A stretch of 64,000 nucleotides of DNA from an uncultured Thermodesulfobacteriota bacterium (lineage in GTDB: Bacteria > Desulfobacterota > GWC2-55-46 > JADFVP01), in the NCBI GenBank assembly GCA_964474975.1, contig CAYYUX010000001.1:465-64464 (forward strand), read 5' to 3'. Position 1 is the stretch's first letter, and the number at the start of each line of letters is the position of its first letter. The position numbers and the translations under genes are program-made. Positions 26,048 through 35,019 of the stretch are shown here, in pieces. The notes under the pieces are model-generated. The model was not told the origin of the DNA. It did no database searches and was given only the letters and a program-made list of their open reading frames with translations.

Positions 26048-26452
26048 ATGGATTTTATATTTGACAGGACCATAGATATCCTTGCGAGGACGCTTGATCT
26101 TCGCGCCGCGGAGCATCGGGCCATAGCCTCGAATATAGCGAATAGCGAGACGCCGGGTTATCGTGCAAGGGATGTGGACTTTAGAGACGCCCTCAGCAAG
26201 GCCATGGGGGACTCTGCCTCGGAGGTAAGGCTTGCGGGTACAAATCCCGTACACTTCAGCAGTACGGCTGAGTCCGGGGAGATAAAGATGATGGAGAGGC
26301 CTGTCTCTGACCCTGGTTTTGATGCCAATACCGTGGATATCGAGGACGAGATGGGAAGATTATCAGGTAACTACATGGCCTACAATCTATCGGCAAGGAT
26401 GCTGAGAAAAAAGTTCTCCATATTGATGACAGCCATAAAAGAAGGGAGGTAG
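26048..26452 (+). CDS. flgB: Flagellar basal-body rod protein FlgB
   Basis: MDFIFDRTIDILARTLDLRAAEHRAIASNIANSETPGYRARDVDF is the conserved FlgB N-terminal rod motif (…ANxxTPGY…). RBS AAGAGG 6 nt upstream of the ATG at 26048. Confidence 0.85.
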   Translation: MDFIFDRTIDILARTLDLRAAEHRAIASNIANSETPGYRARDVDFRDALSKAMGDSASEVRLAGTNPVHFSSTAESGEIKMMERPVSDPGFDANTVDIEDEMGRLSGNYMAYNLSARMLRKKFSILMTAIKEGR

Positions 26453-26456
26453 ATAG

Positions 26457-26888
26457 ATGTTTGATGTCTTTTCGGTTATCGCCTCGGGCATGAAGGCACA
26501 GCGTGTCAGGATGAACGTTATATCAAGTAACCTTGCCAACGCCAATAGCACGGGCGGGGTCTCAGGCGGCCCATACAGGAGGAGAGACGTTGTTTTCAGC
26601 ACGGTACGTAATGCCCCGAGTTTCAAAGATGTACTCGATTCTTCAGGCGAGGGAGACTTGCAGGCCGTGCGTGTCTCTTCGATAGTGGAGGATGCAAGAC
26701 CCTTTAAGAGCGTCTATGAGCCGGGGCATCCGGGGGCGGATTCAAACGGTTATGTGCAGTACCCTAATGTGAATACAGCTGAGGAGATGGTCAATATGAT
26801 TAGCGCCTCACGTAGTTATGAGGCGAATGTAAATGCCTTCAGGGCCACAAGAGAGATGATGATGAGAGCCCTGGAGCTTATTCAATAG
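26457..26888 (+). CDS. flgC: Flagellar basal-body rod protein FlgC
   Basis: MFDVFSVIASGMKAQRVRMNVISSNLANANST… and C-terminal …VNTAEEMVNMISASRSYEANVNAFRATREMMMRALELI are FlgC signatures. Confidence 0.9.
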   Translation: MFDVFSVIASGMKAQRVRMNVISSNLANANSTGGVSGGPYRRRDVVFSTVRNAPSFKDVLDSSGEGDLQAVRVSSIVEDARPFKSVYEPGHPGADSNGYVQYPNVNTAEEMVNMISASRSYEANVNAFRATREMMMRALELIQ

Positions 26889-26919
26889 CGCTTGAATTTA
26901 TAACTTAAGACGGAGGGGA

Positions 26920-27222
26920 GTGATGGTTAATTCTATCAAGGGGGCCGCTAACATCATAACCGAGGCCAATGCCCTGAAGGCACGCGGGAGCGTCCCCGGC
27001 AAGGGCGGCTTCGAGGATATGCTCAAGGAAAGTCTTGAGAAGGTAAACGCCCTTCAGGGCGAGGCCGACAAAAACATAGAAGGCCTTGCCGCGGGCAAGG
27101 GCGGAGACCTTCATAATACGATGATAGCCATAGAAAAGGCGGACCTCTCATTTAACCTCATGGTGCAGGTGCGCAACAAACTCCTCGCCGCCTATGAAGA
27201 GATAATGCGGATGCAGGTATAG
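26920..27222 (+). CDS. fliE: Flagellar hook-basal body protein FliE
   Basis: About 100 aa; C-terminal …DLHNTMIAIEKADLSFNLMVQVRNKLLAAYEEIMRMQV is the FliE consensus. Gene order flgB-flgC-fliE. Confidence 0.85.
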   Translation: MMVNSIKGAANIITEANALKARGSVPGKGGFEDMLKESLEKVNALQGEADKNIEGLAAGKGGDLHNTMIAIEKADLSFNLMVQVRNKLLAAYEEIMRMQV

Positions 27223-27231
27223 GTGCGATAG

Positions 27232-28812
27232 ATGGCCTCAGTTGGAAAACATGTAGGCGGTATGGGCTCCATGAAGCTCACTGCCCTTGCGCTACTTGCC
27301 ATTATTACGGGAGGGGCCATAATATTTCTTGTCACGTGGAGTCAGCGCCCTGATTACGGCGTGCTCTTTGCGGGACTCGCCCCCGAGGACGCCGGGGCAA
27401 TTATCGCAAAACTCGGCGACAAGAATATCCCCTACAAGATAGACGGAGGCATTATCTCCGTACCCGTGAGCAAGGTCCATGAGACAAGGATGCTCCTTGC
27501 CGAAGACGGCCTGCCCGGAGGCGGTGGCGTAGGTTTTGAGTTATTTGATAAAAATAACTTCGGGCTTACGGATTTTGTCCAGAAGATAAATTTCAGAAGG
27601 GCAATGCAGGGTGAACTCTCAAGGAGTATAACGGAGATTGTCAGCGTAAGCTCCGCTCGTGTTCACCTTGTTATTCCAGAGAAGGGCGTTTTTCTCGATG
27701 AGAAAAAAAAGGCCCGCGCCTCAATAGTCTTGAAGCTCCGTCCCGGCGCCTCCCTTAGCGGCGATGAGGTAAGGGCAATCGTCCACCTTGTGGCAGGAAG
27801 CATCGCTGACCTCGAACCGGCGGATGTGACAATAGTGGATACCTCGGGCAAGCTCTGGACATCAAAGGGTAATGACGATAGCGCAGAGGGGCTTATGACC
27901 TCGCAGATGGATTACAAAAAACGCCTTGAGGCAAGCCTTGCCCGACGTGTGCAGTCCATGATTGAGAAGGCCCTTGGCAACGGCAAGGTCGTGGCGCGTA
28001 TCTCCGTAGACCTTGAGAGGCGCCGTGTTGACAGGACAGAAGAGATATATGACCCCGATAGTCAGGTTATAAGGAGCGAACACAGGACAAAAGAGAGCTC
28101 CGGCTCAGGTGCCGGAGCAGGCGGCGTACCAGGCGTTGTATCCAATCTTCCCGGCGGCGCCGGGAAGGCGGCCTCCAATGGCGCGAGGGCCTCTCAAAAA
28201 GACGACGAGGTAATAAATTACGAGATAAACAAGGTCGTTAAACGTATCGTAGAGCCCTTTGGACAGATTAAAAAACTCTCCGTGGCCGTCCTTGTAGATG
28301 GTGTATACACTACTGCCGAGTCAGGCGCCGATGGCGGGAGGGGCAAAAGAACTTATACCCCGAGAACCGCCGAGGAGCTGGCGAAGATATCATCCATAGT
28401 CAAAGCCACCGTGGGATTTGATGAAAAACGGGGAGATACCGTAAGTGTGGTAAATATCCCCTTTGAAGAGACTCTTCCCGTGGATAACCTTGCGCCTATC
28501 GAGCCATCTGTCTCCATGACGGATAAGATAATGCCCCTTGCGGCAAAGTATGGAAGTGTGGGGCTTAGCGTTCTTTTTCTCATATTTTTCGTAATAAGAC
28601 CCATTATCAAAAGATTGACAATCGAAAGAGTAGCCCTTGAGGCTATTGATAATAACCTTCCCGCGGCCCTGAATAGGGGCGACGACGAGCTTGCCCTCTC
28701 GTCGGGGAGCAAGAAGAGCAATGCGGATACCACGGAACGACTGAAACAGCTGGTCAGGGAGAATCCGAGGCAGGCGGCCATGGTATTAAAGGGCTGGATG
28801 CAGGAAAGATAA
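27232..28812 (+). CDS. fliF: Flagellar MS-ring protein FliF
   Basis: N-terminal TM (LTALALLAIITGGAIIFLVTW), periplasmic ring-building motifs (…NIPYKIDGGIISVPVSKVHETRMLLAEDGLP…), second TM near the C-terminus (LSVLFLIFFVIRPII) and a C-terminal FliG-binding tail. Confidence 0.9.
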   Translation: MASVGKHVGGMGSMKLTALALLAIITGGAIIFLVTWSQRPDYGVLFAGLAPEDAGAIIAKLGDKNIPYKIDGGIISVPVSKVHETRMLLAEDGLPGGGGVGFELFDKNNFGLTDFVQKINFRRAMQGELSRSITEIVSVSSARVHLVIPEKGVFLDEKKKARASIVLKLRPGASLSGDEVRAIVHLVAGSIADLEPADVTIVDTSGKLWTSKGNDDSAEGLMTSQMDYKKRLEASLARRVQSMIEKALGNGKVVARISVDLERRRVDRTEEIYDPDSQVIRSEHRTKESSGSGAGAGGVPGVVSNLPGGAGKAASNGARASQKDDEVINYEINKVVKRIVEPFGQIKKLSVAVLVDGVYTTAESGADGGRGKRTYTPRTAEELAKISSIVKATVGFDEKRGDTVSVVNIPFEETLPVDNLAPIEPSVSMTDKIMPLAAKYGSVGLSVLFLIFFVIRPIIKRLTIERVALEAIDNNLPAALNRGDDELALSSGSKKSNADTTERLKQLVRENPRQAAMVLKGWMQER

Positions 28813-28853
28813 GACAAAGAGGTGTTGATATCAAAGGCATAGACAAGGCGGCA

Positions 28854-29816
28854 GTGCTTCTAATTAACGTTGGCGAAAACCTCGCATCCGAGGTGATGCA
28901 GTTTCTGACCCATAGAGAGGCTCAGGAGGTCAGCGAGAGTATCGCGCGTATGGACTCTATACCCTCTGATGTGGGACAAGAAGTGGCGAAAGAATTTTTG
29001 TCCAGTTCAGAGACATCGGGACTCGCAGTGCAGGGCCTTGAGTTTGCCAGAAGCGTCATCGAGAGTACCTTTAGCCCGGAAAAGGCAAAGAGGGTCCTTG
29101 ACCAGATAGCCAAAGAGTCTGAGGGAGACGGAATAAAGGCCCTTGCCTATATGGACCCAAAGGTTGTCGCAAATATGGTAAGGGGTGAGCATCCGCAGAT
29201 AATTGCCCTTATCCTCGCCCTCATGCCGCCTGAGCGCGCCTCGCTCGTCCTTAAGCTCCTGCCTGAGATCCTCATGGGCGATGTCATGCAACGCGTCGCT
29301 GTTATTGACACCATCCCGCAGGCGGCCGTTAAGGAAATAGAGGCGGTCATCAGGGAGCAGGTCCTTGAATCCGAAGATTCCGCAGGAGATGTAGTCGAGG
29401 GCATCAAGGTTGCCGCAGAGATACTTAATCAGATGGAGTCGGCGACTGAGACTTCCATAATAGAGTTCATTGACAAGTCGAGTTCCGATCTCGCCACAAA
29501 GATACAGGAGAAAATGTTCGTCTTTACAGACCTCCTTGAGATGGAAGACCGCGCCATGCAGGCTATCTTGAAAGAGGTGGATACGGAGAACCTCAGCGTA
29601 GCCCTGAAGGGCGCCGATGAGACGCTCAGCGAAAAGTTCTTCAAGAATATGTCGGAGAGGGCCGCCACTATGCTGAAAGAAGACATAGAGAGCAGGGGGC
29701 CGACAAAGGTAAGCGATGTTGAGAAAGCGCAGATAGCCGTTGTGAGCGTTGCGAGAAGGCTTGAGCAGGAGGGCAAAATCATGAGGGCAGGCAAGCAGGG
29801 AGATGTTATTGCCTGA
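28854..29816 (+). CDS. fliG: Flagellar motor switch protein FliG (annotated from GTG 28854; true start probably further upstream, see findings)
   Basis: Conserved FliG features: N-terminal …KAAVLLINVGENLASEVMQFL…, middle EHPQIIALILALMPPERASLVL, and C-terminal torque helix region …MFVFTDLLEMEDRAMQAILKEVDTENLSVALKGADETL…. In-frame upstream codons (…GVDIKGIDKAA) continue the conserved N-terminus. Confidence 0.85.
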   Translation: MLLINVGENLASEVMQFLTHREAQEVSESIARMDSIPSDVGQEVAKEFLSSSETSGLAVQGLEFARSVIESTFSPEKAKRVLDQIAKESEGDGIKALAYMDPKVVANMVRGEHPQIIALILALMPPERASLVLKLLPEILMGDVMQRVAVIDTIPQAAVKEIEAVIREQVLESEDSAGDVVEGIKVAAEILNQMESATETSIIEFIDKSSSDLATKIQEKMFVFTDLLEMEDRAMQAILKEVDTENLSVALKGADETLSEKFFKNMSERAATMLKEDIESRGPTKVSDVEKAQIAVVSVARRLEQEGKIMRAGKQGDVIA

Positions 29817-29879
29817 TGGGTTTATTTTGCCAATGCTATGGCAATCCATTTGTCATAAAAAACAGGAGAAGTGTCCGGA

Positions 29880-30506
29880 ATGACATCACATATATACAAG
29901 TCCGGCGAGAAAAAAGACGGAGATGTTTCTCCCCTTATTTTCGAGAAGATAAGAGACAGGAGGGTCTCGCAGAGAAGGGCAGGCGATAAGCTCTCTGCCT
30001 CCGGGGCTGAGGGCATTTATAAAGACGCCTACATGGCGGGCTTTGAAGATGGGAAAAAGACTGCCGGAGAGGTTGTGAAAAAAGAAACGGCCATACGCTG
30101 TAGAAGGCTTGAGGAACTTATCTCCGAGATAAGAGACTTTAAGAAAGTACTTTTCAGTGAATGCGAGGCTGAGGCCGTGGAGCTATGCCTGAGCATAGCC
30201 CGAAAAGTCATTCTGCGCGAGTTTTCAATACGCGAGGATAGCGTGGTCTATGTTGTCAAAGAGGCATTAAAGGCCGCTGTAACCAATGGCAGGATTAGGA
30301 TAAGGCTTAACCCCGGAGACATGGCAATGATTAAGGAGCATGGCAAAGAACTGAAGCGCTACACACAGGGCTTTGCGGCTGTGGCACTTGATGGCGACGA
30401 GTCCCTGAAGAGCGGCGGATGTATCATCGAGACAGGCACCGGAGAGGTGGACGCCACTATTGAAGGGCTCCTTGACGAGGTGCAGGGGATCCTAAAGGAC
30501 GGCTGA
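29880..30506 (+). CDS. fliH: Flagellar export/assembly protein FliH
   Basis: About 209 aa; coiled-coil N-half, C-terminal block …AVELCLSIARKVILREFSIREDSVVYVVKEALKAA…IRIRLNPGDMAMIKEHG… typical of FliH (FliI-binding/regulatory). RBS AGGAGA before the ATG at 29880 (alternative GTG at 29871). Confidence 0.7.
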   Translation: MTSHIYKSGEKKDGDVSPLIFEKIRDRRVSQRRAGDKLSASGAEGIYKDAYMAGFEDGKKTAGEVVKKETAIRCRRLEELISEIRDFKKVLFSECEAEAVELCLSIARKVILREFSIREDSVVYVVKEALKAAVTNGRIRIRLNPGDMAMIKEHGKELKRYTQGFAAVALDGDESLKSGGCIIETGTGEVDATIEGLLDEVQGILKDG

Positions 30507-30790
30507 GAAGGGGGGGGAGGTAGCTGGGCATTGAAGTAAGTGGTAAGGGGCGGGTATGAGGAAGAAGGGCTTAAGAATATCGATTTAAGAACGGCGCGAA
30601 TGGTAAAGAGGGCAGGTGTGAAGAAGGCGGGTGTAAAGAGTGTAAACGATGGTAGAGACGGATGGGGCGAAGGCTACAAGACGGCAGAGCGGGATGAGGG
30701 GATAATGGCAAGATGGAATGATGTGAGGACGGCGAGACGGGAGAATGTGAGGATGGGGCCAAGGGGTTGCGTGGCCTTATTTTATAAATG
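30507..30790 (+). other. About 280-bp strongly purine-rich (G+A on + strand) noncoding spacer separating fliH from fliI; candidate regulatory RNA/leader
   Basis: Starts right after the fliH stop. Almost devoid of T/C for about 260 nt (gaaggggggggagg…gaggatggggccaagggg). Contains multiple GGATG/GGGATG/GGAATG motifs (about 30659, 30690, 30711, 30749). The tool ORF 30540-30812 has no RBS and a protein-unlike composition. Ends with an AT-rich stretch and RBS GAGAGAGG before the fliI ATG at 30837. Confidence 0.5.
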
Positions 30791-30836
30791 TTTTTTATAT
30801 TTCATGGTTTGAGATAGAGAGAGGTATACAGTAGGC

Positions 30837-32207
30837 ATGAAGTATTCCACGGCGCTCAAAAGTCGGCTCAAGGGTCACATAGAGGCCGTTGAGGAGATGA
30901 GGCCCGTAAGGGTTAACGGCAGGATAACGCGCGTCGTCGGACTCGTCATGGAAGGTATAGGCTTTGGCGCATCAGTGGGGGAGATATGCAAAGTCTATCC
31001 CGGCCACGGCATGAGCAATCTTGACTGCGAGGTAGTGGGCTTTGCCGGAGAGAGAATCCTCCTCATGCCCCTTGGAGAGGTCTTTGGAATAGGGCCGGGT
31101 AGCAAGATAGTGACGAAGAGAAATAGCGCCCGTGTGCGTGTGAGCGAGCGGCTCCTCGGCAGGACCCTTGATGGACTCGGCATGCCCATAGACGGCCTTG
31201 GCCCCGTAGAGGCCGATATGGAGTATCCGCTTTACTGTGCCCCTGAGAACCCCCTTAAGAGGAGGCGTATCGAAAAACCCCTTGACGTTGGCATTAAGGC
31301 TTTGAACGGACTCCTTACCGTGGGCCGCGGTCAAAGAATCGGTATATTCGCGGGGAGCGGAGTGGGAAAGAGCGTGCTGATGGGCATGATGGCAAGAAAC
31401 ACCTCCGCTGACGTCAATGTCATAGCCCTTGTCGGCGAGAGAGGCAGGGAGGTAAAGGAGTTTATCGAAAAAGACCTTGGCCCCGAGGGACTCGCGCGCT
31501 CCGTAGTGGTGGTGGCCACTTCTGACCAGCCGCCGCTTATCAGGATGAGGGCCGCTTTTATGGCCACAGCCATAGCCGAGTACTTCAGGGACAAGGGCTC
31601 TGATGTGCTTCTTATGATGGATTCCGTGACGCGTTTTGCCATGGCCCAGCGCGAGGTCGGCCTTGCCGCCGGTGAGCCTCCCGCCACACGGGGTTATCCG
31701 CCATCTGTCTTTACCATGTTGCCGAAACTTCTCGAGAGGGTAGGCACATCAAGCACGTGCGGCACTATTACCGGTTTTTATACCATCCTTGTAGAGGGTG
31801 ACGACATAAACGATCCCATCGGAGATACTACGAGGAGCATCCTCGACGGCCATGTGGTCTTGTCAAGGGCTCTTGCCTCAAGCGGGCATTATCCCGCCAT
31901 AGATGTCCTTGAGAGCATCAGCCGTGTGATGATTGATGTCGTCTCCGATGAGCATATAAGGGCGGCGGTAAAGGTTCGCGCCCTTATGGCGGCATACAGA
32001 AAGGCTTACGACCTTATAAGCATAGGAGCCTATAAAGACGGTAGTGACCCCCTGGTGGACAGGGCGGTAAGGGCGATTGCCGCGATAAATGAATTCTTGC
32101 GGCAGGGCATGGGAGAGCGTGTAGTATTTGAAAAAAGCGCAGATATCCTGATGGCCCTCGCCGATGAGTATAGCCCCGATGAGGCGCCGTCATGCGAGAG
32201 CGTATAG
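30837..32207 (+). CDS. fliI: Flagellum-specific ATP synthase FliI
   Basis: Walker A GSGVGKS(V), Walker B …LLMMDSVTR…, F1/T3SS ATPase blocks (…VGERGREV…, …GSITGFYTILVEGDD…). Confidence 0.9.
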   Translation: MKYSTALKSRLKGHIEAVEEMRPVRVNGRITRVVGLVMEGIGFGASVGEICKVYPGHGMSNLDCEVVGFAGERILLMPLGEVFGIGPGSKIVTKRNSARVRVSERLLGRTLDGLGMPIDGLGPVEADMEYPLYCAPENPLKRRRIEKPLDVGIKALNGLLTVGRGQRIGIFAGSGVGKSVLMGMMARNTSADVNVIALVGERGREVKEFIEKDLGPEGLARSVVVVATSDQPPLIRMRAAFMATAIAEYFRDKGSDVLLMMDSVTRFAMAQREVGLAAGEPPATRGYPPSVFTMLPKLLERVGTSSTCGTITGFYTILVEGDDINDPIGDTTRSILDGHVVLSRALASSGHYPAIDVLESISRVMIDVVSDEHIRAAVKVRALMAAYRKAYDLISIGAYKDGSDPLVDRAVRAIAAINEFLRQGMGERVVFEKSADILMALADEYSPDEAPSCESV

Positions 32208-32215
32208 GTGGAGGG

Positions 32216-32674
32216 ATGAAAAAATTCAGCTTTAATCTTGATTCACTACATAGGTACAGAGAGAGCCTTGAGGACATCAGCATGAGAGAGTTTTCCGCCG
32301 GGCTCAAGGCATACATGGATAAGGAGGCTGCACTGATTTCTCTTCGGGAGGAGAGGCGCCGCCTCTCCGAGGAGATAGACAAATTACGGGAGAGTGGCGA
32401 CAAAAGGCTTGAACTCGCACTGTACGTCACTTATATCAAGGATCTCAAAGAGCTTGTAACAGAGATGGAGGAGGAGCTGAAGACCCTTAAAAGAGAGCTT
32501 GAAGAGAGACGCATGGACCTTATCCGCGTAATGAAGGACCGCAAGGTCCTTGACGCGATGAAGGAAAAATCACTTGAAAAATACAGGGCAGACTCAACGC
32601 GGACAGAACAGAAGGTAATGGATGACATTGCCGGCACTATGTTCTCTTTCGGAGGGAATAAAAATGAAAAATAA
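32216..32674 (+). CDS. fliJ: Flagellar export protein FliJ (coiled-coil)
   Basis: About 150-aa all-helical protein (MKKFSFNLDSLHRYRESLEDISMREFSAGLKAYMDKEAAL…ELEERRMDLIRVMKDRKVLDAMKEK…) directly after fliI, with an overlapping stop/start region. FliJ consensus F.L..LL..R...E. Confidence 0.6.
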   Translation: MKKFSFNLDSLHRYRESLEDISMREFSAGLKAYMDKEAALISLREERRRLSEEIDKLRESGDKRLELALYVTYIKDLKELVTEMEEELKTLKRELEERRMDLIRVMKDRKVLDAMKEKSLEKYRADSTRTEQKVMDDIAGTMFSFGGNKNEK

Positions 32675-33221
32675 GGTCCTTGCCGCCCTTGTAATCCTTA
32701 AGGTATTCATCCTCGCAATATGGCTCTTTACAAACGTTATCCCCTATTCTGCCAATGATGCAGTGGCCGGAATACCGCCTCGCTCTGAGACAAGACCTGC
32801 TGATGTGGTAAAAAAAGATAATTCCTCGACGGACGATAAGGGGCTCCTTATGGCCGTCAGACGAAAGGAAGACGAACTCCGCAGGCGGGAAGAAGAACTT
32901 GTGGAGAGAAAACGTCACCTTTCCGACATACGTGGTGATATTGATACAAGAGTTAAGAAACTCAAATCCTTGCTGAAAAAGCTGAACTCGCTGAGAGGAG
33001 AGATAAATACCTTTAATGACGCGAGGATAAAGCACCTTGTCAAGATCTACGAAAACATGGCGCCCGGCGATGCCGCTACGAGGATTGAGCATCTTGATGA
33101 CGAGATGGCCGCCTCGATACTCGGGGGTATGAAGGAGAAAGTGGCAGGTAAAATTCTCGGCCTTGTTAATGTAGATAAATCCGTAAGGATAAGCCGCGTG
33201 CTTAAGAAGGAACTACGGTGA
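32664..33221 (+). CDS. Membrane-anchored MgtE_N-domain flagellar protein (YlxF/FlbB-like)
   Basis: N-terminal TM (VLAALVILKVFILAIWLF), coiled-coil Lys/Arg/Glu segment, and C-terminal MgtE-N-like block (…IKHLVKIYENMAPGDAATRIEHLDDEMAASILGGMKEKVAGKILGLV…). Sits between fliJ and fliK as ylxF does in Firmicutes/spirochete operons. Confidence 0.5.
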   Translation: MKNKVLAALVILKVFILAIWLFTNVIPYSANDAVAGIPPRSETRPADVVKKDNSSTDDKGLLMAVRRKEDELRRREEELVERKRHLSDIRGDIDTRVKKLKSLLKKLNSLRGEINTFNDARIKHLVKIYENMAPGDAATRIEHLDDEMAASILGGMKEKVAGKILGLVNVDKSVRISRVLKKELR

Positions 33222-33444
33222 CTTAAGGCCACATATGTTTTCTCTCTCCCTGCGGAACTAAGGTCATCTCTACCTGATTATACTATGCGCCCTTCGTGCT
33301 TTTCGACCCGCCTTTTATGGCCGGTAAAGATTGCCGAAGGGGTTTTTTTTGCCCGTCAAGGGCTATTTGATTACATGCTATTGGGTGGTATGTGATTAGC
33401 GTAACTATTTGTTGTCAAAGCATTTTATCTAACCTGTAAATTCA

Positions 33445-33460
33445 TGGCACGGCCGTTGCT
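33445..33460 (+). promoter_or_regulatory. sigma-54 promoter upstream of fliK-flgD-flgE
   Basis: TGGCACggccgTTGCT (33445-33460) is a perfect GG-N10-GC with TGGCAC and TTGC, about 95 bp upstream of the fliK ATG. A T8 run with flanking GC-rich dyad (about 33290-33352) upstream may terminate the preceding transcript. Confidence 0.6.
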
Positions 33461-33555
33461 TAGTATAGTTGCAAGGTCTTTGCCCACAAACTCAAGTCTG
33501 GTGGGTAGATATGTCAATCCGCGTAAAGTCACTTTTTTCCAAGGAGCCTTAGTCC

Positions 33556-34965
33556 ATGGAGAGTAGCGTTTTCACCGCAGGTAAGGTCCGCGGCGGTAAT
33601 GCCCATAAGACCTCAAATACGTCCCGCCTATCCCGCGGAGACAGCGGTTTCAAGGGCAAGCTCAAGGCCGCCGAAAAGGCAGAGGCAGGGAGAAGAAAGA
33701 TTAAAAAAACATCGCAAAAAGGCCCTGCCATGACGACAGGAGACTATGTTCAGACCATATTGGTTCCACTTGTAAGCGCCTCGGGGCATAGGCATAAAAA
33801 GTCCCTTATAGATAGTGGCGGTAAGGTAAAAGGCCTTAAAAATTCTGTTGCTCACAAAAAGACTGCCGGGAAGAGAAAGAAGGTCTTAGAGAAGATTCAT
33901 AAAGGCAATTTTCCTTTGAAAAAGGTTTCCTTCGGGGCAGTGAAGAAGATAAAAGGAGCGGCGGCGGACAAAGGCGCAAGGAGTATGGTGAAGGACGATT
34001 TTGACGGACAGATGGTCATGGGGAAAAAAATATCTCTTAGAGGCATAAGCCGCCTCAAGACCGCCGGGACTTCTACAATAAAGGGAATACCGAAAATTTC
34101 CGCAGGCGTCACCCCGAACAATATCTTAAGCCCCCTTAAGACTGCGAATATAAAGGGCGCTCTTAAAAAGGGGCAAAAGGCGGCAAAGGAGCGCAAAAGG
34201 GTAAAAAAGGGACTCCGCGCGGCCTCTGCATCTAAGCCCCGGTCTCTTATGGGCGCTAATATTTCAGAAGGAAGTGGAGCGAAGGAGGGCCGGACATTTC
34301 AGGACAAGATGAAGTCCGGTAGCGGTGACGGGGCCGTGAAAGTTGTCAGCGGTCTCCGCATTGTCTCTTCTGTTTCCGCCGGTCGCCCCCATGGTCAGCG
34401 CTCGGGGCAGGGCCGTAAAGCAGTCTTCAGTGACTCGGTCGCTCTTTTGAATGTGAGCGCGCCGGCAGAGCCTACGCAGTCTCGAAGCAGGGTTTCTCCT
34501 GCGAATTTGAAGGGAGCCGCAGAGGTCAGTGGGGGGGAGATTATTAAGCAGGCAGGGGATGGCCTTGTTATGAGCCTCAGAAAAGGAGAGAGAGAAATTG
34601 TTTTAAATCTCGAACCTGCGGAACTCGGTCATTTGGAGATAAAGGTGATGCTTCATCACGGCCTCGTAGATGCTTCCATACTTGTCGAGAACGCTGATGT
34701 CATGACCATGCTTAAGGCAAATACCGTAGTCCTTGAGGAACAATTGGCAGGTCAGGGATTTATGCTCGGTGGTCTTGATGTAGCGCTTAAGGGTTCGGAT
34801 ACGCCTCCGCGTCAAAAAGGGGAGCAATTCGGAGACAATGGAAGTCGTTACGGAAGAGGCGGCAGGGGGCTCACAAAAGCGGCCCATGCAGTCGAAGAGA
34901 TGCCTCTTGCCGTAAAGACCCTTAAGAGGCCAATGCCGAGAGGAGTCCTCGACCTTTTTATATAA
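33556..34965 (+). CDS. fliK: Flagellar hook-length control protein FliK with atypical Lys/Gly-rich N-terminal region
   Basis: C-terminal Flg_hook/FliK_C domain (…EREIVLNLEPAELGHLEIKVMLHHGLVDASILVENADVMTMLKANTVVLEEQLAGQGFMLGGLDVAL…). Positioned before flgD-flgE. N-terminal about 230 aa extremely basic and low-complexity. Confidence 0.7.
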   Translation: MESSVFTAGKVRGGNAHKTSNTSRLSRGDSGFKGKLKAAEKAEAGRRKIKKTSQKGPAMTTGDYVQTILVPLVSASGHRHKKSLIDSGGKVKGLKNSVAHKKTAGKRKKVLEKIHKGNFPLKKVSFGAVKKIKGAAADKGARSMVKDDFDGQMVMGKKISLRGISRLKTAGTSTIKGIPKISAGVTPNNILSPLKTANIKGALKKGQKAAKERKRVKKGLRAASASKPRSLMGANISEGSGAKEGRTFQDKMKSGSGDGAVKVVSGLRIVSSVSAGRPHGQRSGQGRKAVFSDSVALLNVSAPAEPTQSRSRVSPANLKGAAEVSGGEIIKQAGDGLVMSLRKGEREIVLNLEPAELGHLEIKVMLHHGLVDASILVENADVMTMLKANTVVLEEQLAGQGFMLGGLDVALKGSDTPPRQKGEQFGDNGSRYGRGGRGLTKAAHAVEEMPLAVKTLKRPMPRGVLDLFI

Positions 34966-35019
34966 GGATATAGTGTAAGGCAGTATTCAAGTGTCAATAA
35001 ATATAAGGGAGGCTCTAAG

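Noticed and set aside
30540-30812. 90-aa ORF (and minus-strand ORF 30571-30762) inside the fliH-fliI GA-rich tract
   Set aside because: Translation is low-complexity and protein-unlike (G/R/E/K only; the antisense gives a P/S/H/L polymer). There is no RBS, and the reading frame is a by-product of the homopurine composition.
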